From assembly GCA_000320545.1 (NCBI GenBank), contig ADNK01000546.1:4521-68520 (forward strand): 64,000 nucleotides of DNA. The letters are read 5' to 3'. Under the pieces are notes generated by a model. That model was given only the letters and a program-made list of their open reading frames with translations. It was not told the origin of the DNA and did no database searches. Positions within the stretch are counted from its first letter, which is position 1, and each line of letters opens with the position of its first letter. This DNA is from Bigelowiella natans CCMP2755 (lineage: Eukaryota > Protista > Cercozoa). Both the position numbers and the translations under genes were made by a program. Positions 24,229-38,797 of this stretch are shown here, one piece after another.

Positions 24229-27072
24229 GATATCATCGACCAAGTTGTTTCACTACCCGTAATTTCCTATGCCTTGAAATCCGTGCTTGGACATCTGCCA
24301 TCACACCACAGAGAATACAAATGATGATAATCAGCATACGGTAAGTAACACAAAGCTGATGGTGGTGGTGGTGCTATTAGCGTTGGATGTCGGGGATATG
24401 TTGCTAAATGTTGATGGACAATCTGAGAATGGCCTTCTTCGTGTTGTTGGGCGATATAATATGCAGGATTTGTCTTATTCATTTTGTTCTGCCCAGTGCA
24501 TTTTAAAATACTTAATAATGTAAAAATTATCATCGTCGTCGTCATCGTCGTCTTCTTCGTCGCTGCCGCCGTTGTGATCATTCTTCCTAGTACCAGCGCA
24601 TACAGATGCACACACTTCACACTTCAGCCCACCTTTGTCCCCTTAAAGTACGTTTGTCCAAAGTCAGAAATTAGCAGTCTGAAGGGAGGTCGGAAGTCTT
24701 TCTCCTGCTGCTGCTGCTGCTGCTGCTTTTCATCACCAAGATGCGGAGAATCTCGATGACTTCGATAATGAGGATCCTTATGCCGAAGATCATCGTTGTT
24801 TCCAATGTCGCCATCGTCGTGCATGAAGACATCCTCGCTGTCTCCCACTTCATCACTCCTCTCGTGCTTTCGATGAGGAGGAATTCGGTTAAAATGATAA
24901 TGAATGCTGTCGCGTTTTATCAGGATGTTTTCTGGCTTTAGATCGCGATGAATCAGCCCGGCATTGTGAAGGTGATTAAGGCCCTATATGTATGTATGTA
25001 TGTGTGTATGCTAATGGTGGTTCGTTATGATGAGGATGATGATAATGATGATGGTGATGATGATCTATGTTAATAGTAGAGGAAAGAGGGGTGATAATAA
25101 TAAACATATCCATCTTATATTATATTTGCTGGAAAAACAGCATAGAAAGACTACGAAATTGACCACTTGTGTAAGAATATGACTAAAACCTGGCAGATAT
25201 CGTCAATGAAATAACGAATCGTAGAGTTGTCGAGTGTTCTTGGACGGTTGATAGAACCAGGCCAGATGTACTTGGCCAGGTTCCCTGACAGACGACAGCA
25301 GCAGCAAGAAACAACAAATGCTTGATCATCATGATCATACCGTCAAGTATAACATTTAGTAATAGTAGTAGTAGTAGTAGTAGTAGTAGTATAGTAGTAG
25401 TAGTAGTAGCATATGTACACTCAGTGTGGGAAATAAATCATTCATTGCTATCATAACATTAAACAAAACATATACACCACACAGATATACAACCGTGATC
25501 AGCATATTCCATAAGGACGAATAGGCAAGGCACCACAGGAGCAAATTGAGAGTTACGTGAATGCTATGTGGAGAAGCAGGTAGAGAGGAAGAGGCAGCAA
25601 CAAAAGTGAGACCAACCAGCGACAATGGAAACCACCATGAATGATCAGGCAAAGAGTGCAGTGAATTAATTGAACTGCTTTGCTATCATCATTTCAGCTT
25701 CATTATCATCATCATCATCATCATCAGAATAAGCATCTTTCTTATTATCCTCACCTCCAGCCAGCTGTGCTTATAATCGACAATATTCTTGTGATGCAAT
25801 GTCTGCAGAATCGTTACTTCTTTCAGCACCTTTAGACACCATCTGGAAGAGCAGAAATCAAGGACAACAAGAAGAAGAATAAGCGAAGAAGAGACACACA
25901 AAATATTCCTGAATACTCCAGCAGCGCAAATTCACTGGAAGCGTTAATCGTCGTCGTCATTTATCCCATGCTACACCCTCCTCCTCTTCCCCATTGTTTA
26001 TGATATACAGCAGGATATGATGTTGCTTGTTTGCACGTACGTGGTGGAGTCTCCCACAGGTATTTTCTTTACAGCAAAAGCGCCTAAAACGACCCCTTGC
26101 AGCTTGTGATGGCAAAGGAACACAGCACCAAAAGAACCGCATCCCAGCATCCTCTTCTCCTCAAAGAACCTTAAGATAGTACGGGGGGGAAATCACACGC
26201 TACCATCGGAGACGGCCACATCTTCTACTACTGCTACTTCTACTTGCTAATGAACGTGTGCAGTACCGTTTGTAGTATCCTTCATTAAACGCATCTGATG
26301 GAAGAGCTTCCCCATATCTACTACTAGCCTCCTGCTGCTGATGCTGCTGCTTTTTCTTGCGGCCTTCGTTCTTAATCCCTTCCTGGTCTTCCTTTTCTTT
26401 TGTCGCCCCTGTTGCAAAGTCGTTATCATATACTCATGGTCATCATCATCACCACGATACATCTGAGATCATCAGAATCAGAAGTATATAAAATTGTAGG
26501 AGTAAACGACAAAGTACTAGGGATGGAGGTCTGGCAATTCAGTAGATTGCTCGATAGGAGCTGTGGCAAGAAAGAGGGAGGGCATTCGTACACCTACCTC
26601 TGATTACGCCATCATCATCATCATTATCATGATTATCCTGATTTCCGGTGGCATCTTTGGTTTTTTGGTCCTCCTCTAGGTGGGGATGGTTGTCGTCATC
26701 GTCGTATTCTGCTCCCCCTTCTCCTCCTCTACTATAAAGCCGTGGCAACTTATCAATCAACAGGAAGTAGTCTGGCGTCACTTGAGGGTCCTGAAGTAGT
26801 TGCGGATGAAAGGGAGTGTTATAGTGGTAGTAACAAATAAGTAAACAAGTAGCAAAGGATGGGTTAAAATTAGAACTCTCTCTCTACTGCAACCACCAAT
26901 ATTGCCCTCGTAGTCCTCCTTGAAGTCACTGCTGCCGCAGCAGCTTCTGCGTGCTCTCTAGCGCGTTTCGTCCTGCAGTGGTTGAATTGGAAAGAAGCCG
27001 TTTCCTGCCCGCACAGTGGACAATAGTTCTTCCGCTCCTACGAGTATTATTATTATCATAATTATTATTATC

Positions 27073-27109
<37 letters not shown>

Positions 27110-28093
27110 GTTTTGGTATGTGTATGTGGATACTATGTGAATCTGACGGAGAGGCATCATCACCGTCCATGGCTCGTTCCATATTGATATTTAGCATGAT
27201 GCTAATACTGCCCCCTCCTTCCCCACCACCACGTACTACGCGGCAACACAAACAGAAGAGGAGTATGGGTAACTAGGAAGAAGAAGTACCTGACTGGCGC
27301 TCTCTGCATCATTTGCTTTCACAACGACGTATTTGCGCTTACCTCGATTGTAAAGCACCATATTCTTGCCGATAGGATCTTTCCTGAGATTTAATTTGCA
27401 AGTGTGGTATGAGTGTTAGCACCGCTGGGAAGATAATGGCAGCATCCGAATAGTGGTCCTTTGAATTAATCCATCGTCACCGCCCCACTCATACATACAG
27501 ACAGTCACGCGACTTACAGGACAACTTGCCAGTCTCTTGTATGATCCGCCACGACAAGCTGGTGTGGATACTGGGGCAGGAGAGAGCTGCTATCATCGGC
27601 ACCTGGGAGGGGGAGGGGGAGGGGGAGGAGGAGGTGATACATTGAAAGTCAAGAATTTGGGTATTGTTTTATTTAATGTCCATATTAGGAGTTAAGTGGC
27701 AGCCACTTTTCTACCTTCCCGGGCACCACTTCCTTGTCCAATCCTTGCTTCTTTTGCATTCTTAACATCTCCACCAGCCCCTTGTATCTGCTAGTTCGTA
27801 CATTTAGTGTCAGAATTACTACGTCACTGATACTATAATATTACTACACTACTACTACTAATAATAATAATAATAGTAATAATGGCGTGAGTAAAATTCG
27901 AAAAACTGTATTCTGTCTCACTTTCTCTCCTTAAACTCAGAAATTCCATTTTCAAATACAGTATTATTACATGTACCAAAATAAGGTAAGCGCCGGTTTT
28001 GATTGTATTTAATAATCATTCGAACTGGGATTCTCTCTCCTATTCTCCCTCGCTACCGCAATATCCTCATTCTCTCTTGAGATTTAAAAAGGC

Positions 28094-28139
<46 letters not shown>

Positions 28140-28289
28140 AACGTTTGAAATCCGGGCGCGCTTGTGAGGCGGTGAAGTCGTAGTGGAATCGCATACCACG
28201 TGCCTTCCTTCCAGATTTAAAATGTTCGGAGTTTGATGAGTGACAGAGGTATTTTCTCCTTCTTTATCCTCTCTCAGATCCTCCTCCAT
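21408..28289 (-). CDS. Iks1-like Ser/Thr protein kinase, probably with C-terminal transmembrane segments
   Basis: NYCPLCGQ and DYFLL in the N-terminus; FNEGYYKRFFEEKRMLGCGSFGAV, FAVKKIPVGD, KEVTILQTLHHKNIVDYKHSWLE, HRDLKPEN, ISDFG, YMAPE, DMWSVG, DPKDR. Joining to the hydrophobic ORF 21408-22247 is inferred from a GT donor near 22688. Confidence 0.8.
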
Positions 28290-28869
28290 CGGGCGTGTAT
28301 CCCGGCTATGCTCCTCTTGCTATAAAACACGGCAGTGAGAAACCAGAACAACCGTAATCCGGCGAATCAGTATTTTCCTACATCTAATATCTGAGCTTTT
28401 CTTTCTAATGACGGTGTATGGATAAGCTTCAAAAGATACGAAGACCTTCTTGTACACAAATTTTGTGTGCAAGCATTGGTTTGAAGGTAAACAAAATGTT
28501 CTTCCGAAGCATGAGCGGAAATCCGAAAGGAACGTGGACAAAATTGTGATAAATTGAAAATCTCCACGTTCCATACACAACGATGTATAACATAGCACGT
28601 AAAGGTCCGCGGCTTTGATGCTCAAATGCGCCTGGCCGGTGAGTATGAAAAGGTTTGTACCATGGCTACCCGTGACAATGACCCTTCTTTCAAAAAGATG
28701 ACGGGAAGCAGAAAAATGCTTCATTGTTTCGAAATAAGCAGTGCGTTTCTTGCTGTTAAGATTTCATTAAAGTTGTCGCAATGGGAAAAACAAGCGCAAT
28801 TTACCGGTAATCAAACATCTGTGATCCTTCTCAGTCGGCGAGGTCTGTTCTTGTCCGGTTGCTTGTCAT

Positions 28870-29135
28870 CATTGCGTCGTCGTCATTTGGGTGCAGTCTA
28901 GTAGTTGTGATGCTTCTCAATGCTTAGATCGTGCCAATTTGCATGATCCCCGCTAGTTTACTAGTTAGTCTAGTAGTCATCACTGAAGCCAGTTCGAGTC
29001 ACTGCTAGACTGCATTTCGTGCACTGCAAGTGTCTTGCCACACTTTGGAAGTGTGGTTTTTCATCATTGATGTAGTTCTTTGTCATTGTTCATTGTTCAT
29101 TGTTCATTGTTCATTGTTCTCATTGTTCTCATTCA
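28870..29135 (-). repeat. Dispersed repeat, copy 2 (inverted relative to 14560-14765)
   Basis: Reverse complement contains (gaacaat)n, gaactacat, ttccaaagtgtggcaagacacttgcagtgcacgaaatgcagt, ctcgaactggcttcagtga, caaattggca. Confidence 0.8.
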
Positions 29136-30339
29136 TGCCTGAGTGAATCGAATGTTTGAAAGTACAAGATGTGGTCTGCTCTCGGGGTGCCATTTTTCAC
29201 ATTTGCGCGGTCTAGCGGTGCATGCTTGCTAGCTTGCTAGCTTGCGCAGCCGTGCGTGAACCTCGTCATCCTGTCCAGCTCTGTGCCAGCATGCTCTGGT
29301 CAGTCCTGGAGTCCAGCAGTGCTGGTGTGGCACATCCACGCAACTAGCTAGCTAGGCATGCTTGACAACTCTGCAGGTCTAGAGGTCCAATGGTGCACAG
29401 ACAACGCAACTAGAAAGTGTGGTTCTAGACGTGCGTAGCACTGCTAGCAGACTGCTCTGGATCTGGACTAGCTAGTTAGCTAGTCTAGTAGTGTGCTACG
29501 TGCTCGCGTGGATGTTCCTGTCATTTAGCCGCCTTCCTGTGACCTAATTGCTAGCCTACACTAGTACAGCGCGAGTTCCAAAATCATGGTGATCATAAAC
29601 TGCGAGAGCGTGAACACTAGAACGTACAAATGCATGTCGCAACGTTAGGAAGCCCCCCCTCCCCCCCTAGCTAGCTAGCTAGCTAGCCCCGTTGTGTAGT
29701 TGCGGCGCGCAAGTTTCATGACGAACACAATGCCATGACCATGCTAGCATGGCAAATGACAATCGTTGCTACACGACTGGATTGATGATGACACATAGAG
29801 AAACGTGATGCATGCTCATTCGCGGAAATTAGCTAAAACTAGTTATAAAATAAACATCTAAATCAAGGATTTAATAGTTCAGACATACAGACAAACTTGA
29901 GGGAAGTTCATCGTCTTGAAATTATTTCATTGGGCTAAGCTTGAGTTAAATCTAGAAATGTGCTCTTTGAACTTGCCACCAACACGTGCTTGATTGGACA
30001 TGAGTACGCAAGAGAATAGTTACTACGCCGGATTAAATTTCTTAATTGTTTGGCGTAATAAGCGCATGCGCGAGACGGAAGAACCCTTCCCACCTTCCGA
30101 TTCCTGTGAAAAAAAATAGAGTCTGATGACTAGGAGGCCGGTGCTACTTCGATTGGAGACTACCTTTTTCGCTTCAGTAGTACCCTTGGTGCGCCTTGGC
30201 TTAAAATTTCCTTTAATGATGGATCCACACAAAAATAGTGGGGTGGAGAAAAATCGCAATCGTGAAGTCTGTGAATAGCTCTAGCAGCAGGCAGCAGCAT
30301 TGAGAAAAAGGTAAAACAACTCTAATCGAACAAACACTT

Positions 30340-32067
30340 TACCTGTATGTTTAGTGCTTGTAGGATGTTTGCTACTACTGCTAGTGTTGCTGTCCCCTTT
30401 GTACACAACTGTGTTGAACTCATCCGCCTGCGATGAAAACATACGAGAACACACACGCGCTTGTTATTCTTCAATAAATTGTGATATATGTATGGTGCAA
30501 GTTGTATGATCCACTAGTAGCTCATGGATTATGCACTCTAGCTTCAAAATCGACACTACCAGAGAATTGAATTGGTCCGAGAGCGATGAAAACGAAGGCC
30601 CTGTACCTCCTCTATAATCAAGATGATTAGAACTGCTTGTGGTGCTGCTGCTGCCATTGTTTGTAGCATTGCCACCGCGGCTGCCATTAATTGATGATGA
30701 TCCTGATGAAGCGGCAGCGGCGCCAGAAGAGCCAGCATCTAAACTCGTTTTACTGAAGCAGATACGATGGATTCCACAAGTCACAGTAAGAACATTACCG
30801 CAATGACAACCCAGATTTAGAACTCATGAGGTAAATAGGGGGGGGGGGGGACTTAGAGGAAGAAAAGGGGGGTCGTAGTTATTACTGTTCCTTGGCTATA
30901 TACATATACAGCTAACGGCAACATTAACTTCAAAAGGGCTAATTATTCACTTCTCATAAGAATATAATAACATCGAAAGCTTACCTCTCCCTACGCTGAT
31001 GCCTAGAAGAAGACGACGATGATGATGATGTAGCATGATTGTGAGATTCCCCTCTAGGCGACATTTGGCTTTGCAGGATCTTCTCACGATGCCTATACAT
31101 TCCCGTATAGCTGCTCTTGTCAGTGAGACGTGAGAACACATCCTTAGAAGAGGAGTGCCCGTTTGCGTTGGAGGAAGATGAACCAGACTTTTCTTCTGCC
31201 ACAGACCTTGATCTTGACCTCGATCTCGCTGGGTGGTGCCCGTTGCTATCTGTGTGGCTATGTGGGGTAGGATGTGAAGAATGGTGATGGCTGTCATTCG
31301 AAGAGCCGTCGTTGTTGTGCCCGCTGCCACCACTGCCAGTATGATGTTTCCCAGCAAAGCGCGTTTTGTACATGCCAGTGAAGTTGGACGTATCCGTGAG
31401 TCGGTCGAAAACTGATGAGGAAGACTGCGACGATGATCCTCCCTTATCGTTACTTGAGGAGTGGTGCCCATTACCGCTGCTACTGTGCGAAGTGGTGGCA
31501 GTGGAAAGTGTGGGCTGCGATGATGATGCAGAGCTTAGATTCGCTGACCCCCCCCCTACACCGGTGCTGAAATGGTACCCGCTCCCGCCACCATATCCGC
31601 TACGAACCTTATCGCGTCGCTTGGAGGCCCTATGATGATGCAATACGGTACTCATTGAACGAACAAACGAACGCCAGATGTGCCATCATCATCATCATCA
31701 TCATCATCTTTCCATGCAAAATAAACAAGAAGGGCTGGTGCTTTACCTGTCCTTGGCGCGGGTCTTATAAACACCCGTGAATGTGGCCTGATCAGTCAAC
31801 CGATCGAATACACTAGGATATTTGCTTTTACTGCCACCTCCTGTCCCATGGTGGCTGCTACTGCCAGTAGTTGTTGTTGTGTTATTTCCGGTGGAGGACG
31901 AACTTGATACGTGATGAGAACCACTCCCTCCTGTGCTACTACTGCCGTGTACTCCGGAAGATCCTGACAAATAAAAGCAGATATAAGGACCGTAGTATGT
32001 GCAGGAGACTACAGCAATTGTCGCATTTAGTGTTACATAATATCCATAATAAGGTGATAAGCTACGA

Positions 32068-32113
<46 letters not shown>

Positions 32114-33347
32114 GATGAGGGTACCAAAAACTAGATATGTAGATTCAAATTGGATGCCACGTACGGCGAAAATAAAAAAGTAATTGTGTCTATGCTGGTA
32201 TAACCATAACTATTATCATCTTCTGGATGCTGCTGCTGCTGCTGCTGCTGCAGCAAATATCCTTTGCTGCCATTAAAATCACTTTGGCCACTTATACTGA
32301 GACTAGTGCTAAGACTAGTGCTATTTCTCATTACACTACTACTCTTCCCATCATCATCATCATCATCTAAATCAACGTCTCCGCCATCGTTTAGGCTTGC
32401 TCCAGTACTGCCACCACCTCCACTAACACTACTACGTTTTGATCGTCCAGCCTCCATCCTCCTCCTATTGTCTTCCTCCCCTTCCCCTTTACTTCCACCA
32501 CCCTCTCCTTCGCAAAACGCTGCTGCTCCCCTTGGCTTTCTCCCTCTCGGACTCCTTCTATCCGGTGGAGGCCCCATCTGCAAGTTGCGGGAATTAGGGA
32601 GAGACCGTCGAGGCTGTCGGTGATGTTGACCGCTCGGTGTCGCCGTAGTCGTCGTTGTCGTCGTCGTCGTCGTACGATGGAGTTCCTGCTGGGCCCTTTT
32701 GAAATGATTTACAGGCGATTTTGCCCTGGAGATGAGAGCTGCCAAGGGCGTCTGTGAGCGTATCATGGCCGGGATAGACTCGGATGACCGTCGCGACAAC
32801 GATGAACGGTTGTTTGAGCTTGCTCGTCGTCTTCGAGCGTAAGTGGATGCCGGGCGGGATGAGCTCCGACGTGTCGAGGAAGTGGAAGAAGTTAGCCTGG
32901 GGGGAGAAGAAGGCAGAGGCTGCTGCTTCCGAGATGATGATGATGATGACGACGATGATGTCGTCGCATTTCCCTTTTGGTGCTCTGACCACTCCTTCAG
33001 CGAAAACTTCTTTGATTGAAATATTATTAACTTGGACAAGTCCTCGATCTGGCTATCAAGGGCTGCATCAAGGGCTGCTTCCCGTGCGTTGTCGCATCGT
33101 CGATGTGAAATGGAATCGACGAGTAAATATGAAAAGAAAGACCAAACAAACAAGAGCCACCCCCAAATGCCAATAATGTGCCCGTGAACAAAACCCCAGC
33201 CAACACCATTTCGTGATTCAAAGGTGATGATGAAACCAATTTCAGAATGGTGGTGTGTCCAAAATTGGAAAATAATAATAAAATTTATCGATTGATCGAC
33301 ATTCCAAAGCAGCAGCATAGATTTTCAAGTAGATAGTGCATGTATGT

Positions 33348-33387
<40 letters not shown>

Positions 33388-36300
33388 GCGTGTTAACATG
33401 TTGTCCATTATGATGATCGAATTAGAAGCTAGAATCATGCGCAGCTTAGTACAAATCAGGCGCTTTCCCTCTATCCCCCTTTCTTCCTCCCCCCCCAAGA
33501 AGAACACACGCTCACACACCCATCATCGCATCGCTACTACGTACACAGGCACCTTGCGTCTGGGCGGAGACCCAGTTATTACTGAGCGGTTGGCGGCCAC
33601 TTCCACCACGTCTGCCACTTTGTTTTCCTGTCGTCGTCGTTGATGGGGGTCGACGATGTTGTGTGCGCTGCTGCTGCTGCTGCTGCTGCTGCATCTGCCT
33701 TTTATTCCTCCTCCTCATTGTCGTTGCAACTACGTTTTTAGCCGCAGCGGTGGTAGCGGAAAGTTCACTAGATGCTTCGGAGAGCTTAGCCTCCATTTGA
33801 TCGAGGGCGCGATCCTGCGCTTTGGACCTCATCTCTTGCCGCACGATCTTCGAGAGGAGCTGAAGCACTACGTCTTGCATGTCCGGGAGGCCCATACCTG
33901 AAGTCGTAGTATTGGTAGTAGATGTTGTTATGATTATTTTCAGCAGCACGATCATAAATCATTATAATTCATATGTGACTACACTACTACTATACTACGA
34001 CTAACTGACTGACTGACTGACTGACTTGGATGGCGCTTGAAGAGCTGAGCAGTTAGATTCCCGGGATGTTCCTTGGTATTCCAGGTAGCAAGGTCGGTGC
34101 GAATCTGTACGATTTGGTTCTCAATGAGTGCCTGTCTTGCCTTGAGAGTGTCTGCCGCCTCCAGAGCCTCCACGTACTCGGCGGTGCCTATTTCAAGCGC
34201 CGTAAGCCGCCGCTTGTTGGCTTGCCGCTGTTTTTTCGTCTCTCGAATCTTGATGAGCTTCTCGTTGAGGCGTTGGGTGAGGTCGCTCTTGGCGACAGCC
34301 TCCCCCAGTTCGTATTCGAGACCTGTGCAAAACTTTGTCACGATTGGAGAGGGCTCCGCTAGGTCTCTCGAGGACATGGAAGATGATTTCCGCCGCAGGG
34401 GGTTCTTTCTACCGCTGGCACCTTTACCACTTCGGGTGCTGGCTTTGGTACCGTTTTTATTACTCCTCCTTTTCCTCTCAAGCATTTTGCTGCCACGCTT
34501 GCGGCCCTTACGGCCCGCTCTGGCCTTTGTCTCGAACATTTTCAGCCTTCGTTTGAGAACCTCCTTCTCATCCTCTCGCCGTTTGATGATGAGGGCCTGC
34601 TTGTTGAGCTTGGACTGCAATTTCGTGACCTTGAGCTTAGCCTTGTTGCGTTCACGGACGGCCTTTTGAAGTTCCCTACGGGTACTCTTGATCCAATTCC
34701 TATGGCTCTCGGAAGCCTCTTTCATCTTCCGTTGCAGCACGACCCGCTGCTTTTTGTGACCGGAAATTTCGCCTTGCAAGCGCTTTAATTTCTCAGCCGC
34801 CTTTGCCTTGGATCGCAGAGCCTTCTGGTTCTCCTGATACTTTTTCCGCAACCGAGTGAGATCATCCCCAAGTTTCTTAAGCTTTGCTTCATATTTGGAA
34901 ATAATTCTATTATTGGCGGCGTTCCCGCGCCCACCAGTCTGATCAATTTCCTTCAGCGCACGATCGCGCTCATCTTTAATGCGCTTCACTTCATCCTCTA
35001 GACTATTGATCTTTACCTTAAAATCCTTCTCTATGATACGTGCTCGCTGCTGAGTATGAATAAGCTTTTTCATCAAAAGCTCCTTCTTCTGGATGTCCTG
35101 GTCGAGGTTTTTCACCTCTGAGGTGAGTCCAGCTAAGCGCTCCAAACGTAGCTTCGATTTTTCTATCTCACTCGCACTTGCATTGCCCCTGCTAGTGTTG
35201 TTGTCATCATCATCGTCGTCGTCGTCGGGCAGAATGTGTGAGGCGCACACCTCTGCAGGGATGTTGTTACGGACTTCATTCAGCAGCACCACCAGGAAGT
35301 TGCTGCTACTGTCTTTGTCATCTTCGTCTTGCTTGTCTCCCTTCCCATCTCCTCCTCCTCCCACGGACGGATCTCCACCCATAGGCGTGCGTGCAGTGGG
35401 GTCAGGCTCAGACAGTCTTGCCACGACAGGGCCAGTTCCAAATGGAGTGGTAACAATGTCGCGGACATACATCATACCGAACGCCATTTCGAGCACAATC
35501 ATCCCGTCATCTCTAATTTCGACGAGATTGCCAGTTCCGTACGATGTACTGACCTCCACATCGCCGTCGTCGTCGTCATCATCGTCGTCGTCATTGTCGA
35601 TAGCTGCGTGAGAGAACTCGCCCAAGGAGACTCGACGACTTTTGAAAGCCTCCTTTCTCGGACGGGAGGCAGCCGAAGAATCTGCCGATAACATCGTTTC
35701 CAGATCGAGGACACGCCGTCGCAGCTTTGCCACCAAGTCTGGAGAAGAAGAAGTTCAATTAAAAAAGGGTATCGTTAGTTGCTAGCTCAGGGAAAATTTA
35801 CATCGGAGAGTCATACGTAGTCTGCCAGTTTCTATTACTTCAAACCAAAATATCTTTCCAGTATTCAGCAATACCTTTGTCAGCATCTTGATCATCGTCA
35901 TCGTCGTCATCGGAGTCTGCCGCCGCCTCCACCAACGACGCTAGAAGCTTGCTCTTACGTTCACCACCTAGAAAACATGTTGTCTATCGAATCTGTGAGT
36001 CAAAGTGGCGAGAAAAACGGTACCAGCGTTTGCGCTTCCTCCCCCTTCCTCCTGGGCTTTCTTTATCCTCGTTTTGATTTTTTGTATCTTACGGCGCATC
36101 TTGTCTTGCTCTGTTTCTGCCTCGAGGACCTTATCCCTAAACAAATTCATTGTAGCAGCATCATTCAAACATATCAAAACATGTCAAACTTATCAAAATA
36201 TGACAAACTTATCTATCAAACAATACACGCACGAGGATTATTGGGGAATATTCGCATTTTCTCTTCATTATCTCTCTCATGTTATTCCGATTAGGACCTC

Positions 36301-36571
36301 ATTGCGCTGAGCTGGCCGCGTGTGGTTTCCAAACGCTTTGTAAGTCTTTTCACTTCAAACTCAGAATCTAATAGTTGGTTCTGAAAAACGGTTGATAAAA
36401 ACACCGCAATCATTCTTTCATTCACTTTTGACATCATATGCTTCAAAATTATATGAACTCAAAGGGGAAGGGTTTGCTATGGCCAGTGTACCGTGACTTC
36501 CTCGTACGCCTCCGACGATATTCCAGCAGCGAGAAAATCTCCCTAGAAGATATTATGAGGTTTGTGGACTA

Positions 36572-36603
<32 letters not shown>

Positions 36604-38797
36604 GATTAGGATTTTGGAAAACTAATGTGAACAGATAACGCACAATCATCATATTCAAATAACATCGTTAGACCAGCCGTACCCCTCCGCTCGCCACTAA
36701 TGCAGTTTCAAGTTCTTTGATTCGTTTGCTCATCTTTTCCTAAAAGTGAAATGTAAGTCGCCGGCTGCACACTTGAGAAAGATAATTCGAAGGATATGAA
36801 AACAAAAAAGTACATACAATCTTGGCTGCCATGGGATCTCTATTTATAACAGGTTTGTTCTTGATGTTCCGCGCTCGGTTTGCATACCTTTGAGATAAAG
36901 ATTTTAAATTTGATATTTGGTGGAATAACGGAAATAATTGGATAAGTTTTAAGGAAAAGGAGTTGCTGGGTTTCTCCCCCCTATGAACGTTCACTACTGC
37001 ACTAATTACTACTTGAGCGTGTTGAGAGTTTCGTCAAAGTTTGTGTCGGATGGGCTCACACAAGCAATCATCAGGGTCTGACTGTTGCCTCCCAACGAAT
37101 CCTGCATCAAGGTAAGCAACAATGAGTTGATGTGGCACAACTCAGAAATTATTTTTAGAGTAGTAGCACCTGCAACAGACGGGTGATCTTTGAGTCTCGG
37201 AATGGTACATGCGAGCCCTAAGAGATGACAAACTGCCTCAGCTACCCGGATTTGCAATCAAAATTCAAGAGATTTAAGCACTTAAAACCACCACTTCTCA
37301 CCTTTCGTTTTTCATCTCCAAGTGCGCTGATGACATTTCCCAGGGCGAGCAAACCCTTGTTGATGTTAATGCCTTCTTTCATGCGGTCTCCAACCGCGCC
37401 CGTACGCTTGAGGCGTTCCGATCCTGCCAGGTCCACGAAGTGAAACTTGGACACAATTGTGTCTTCACGGACATCTGCTTTGTCGTCGATTTCAACTTGG
37501 GTTGTTTGCTTTAAAATCATCGTGAATATTGCGTGAGATCTGGAGGACGTTGCGTTCATTGCCGTAGCCCTAAGTAAGTTATTGGTGGGATTAAAGGGTG
37601 GTGATGCTGGTGGTGATGATGGTAGATGCGGCTTTTAATAAAAAGGAAGCTACTCCATACTAACCCCGTGACTCTTTGTGCAGTCCCCCTGTCGAGGGAA
37701 TTAAGCATATCCTCGGGAGTTTGTGCAATGGCTTCGGTAGCTCCCAAAACTGATATGCCGCCCTGCTTAGTCTCGCGAATCTAAATATACATTAAGAGCC
37801 CAGTTGGTTTTGATGCACATTTGTGATAAACTTGTGCGTCTCCCTAGTACATCATTATTTACCGATAAATCAGATGTCGCCAAATTGGGGTTCAAAAGGT
37901 CATTGATGCTATCATTATAAATCTCCAAGAATTGGACCTTTAGTTGTTTCAAAATCAAGTATATAGGTGAAATATGATAGATTTTTACACAGTATACAAT
38001 CATGTATGCGTGCAACATAGCTTCATCATCATCTGCAGGCAGTAGTAATTATTTATCCATCGCAACCTTGACTTGGTACGTCGTAGATGCATTCTTCCCT
38101 TCGTCTTTGCCCTCTCCCATTTTCTCTTGAATCTAGATTTTCCAGAAATGGGACCAAATGACAAAAATATATTTAAAAATCTAACGGAAGTGGGACTCAC
38201 AGAGGTAATTAAATGTAGTTGACCTTCGCAAAGACGGTTTCCACCACGCGTGGAACGATACCCAAGGAGTCGTATGCGACCTGGTTATTAAGATATTACG
38301 AATTTAGTATAGTCTCACATTTTAGTTTATGTTCTCTCTTACGTTGTGGCTTGAAGCCGTTCCCATTGTATAAGTTTTCCCACTTCCAGTTTGACCATAA
38401 GCTAGAATTGTTGCATTGAACCCCTGATGTTGTTTGAAGTCAAGATTACTACTAGATGGGAATCAGCAATCAATTGTCGTACTTGCATGAATTTGTCGAC
38501 CAATCCCTTTACGCAGCTCTCATAGACTCCTTCCTGGTCTATGCCTTCTTCAAATACGTGGTCGTATGTAAAAGCATGAGATCTACCGATCACGATTTGT
38601 CCTTCCTGCGAAAGAAATTCGCAAACTCGATTAACAAACGAGATACAATTACAGCGCACACGCTATCCGGGGAAAATAAAATCCTTGATCAGCACCTGGG
38701 GACTACGCAAGCAGCTCTTAGCTCGCTCAGCCCTCTCCTTTGAAGACAAAGGTCGACATCGGACAGCCACGCGGACACTACAGTCAGAAGACGACAT
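30340..38797 (-). CDS. Kinesin-4 family (KIF4/KIF21/KIF27-like) motor with long coiled coil and low-complexity tail; 3' end approximate
   Basis: [128 protein letters not shown]; kinesin-4-type coiled coil ([13 protein letters not shown]) in ORF 33979-35736. Confidence 0.92.
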
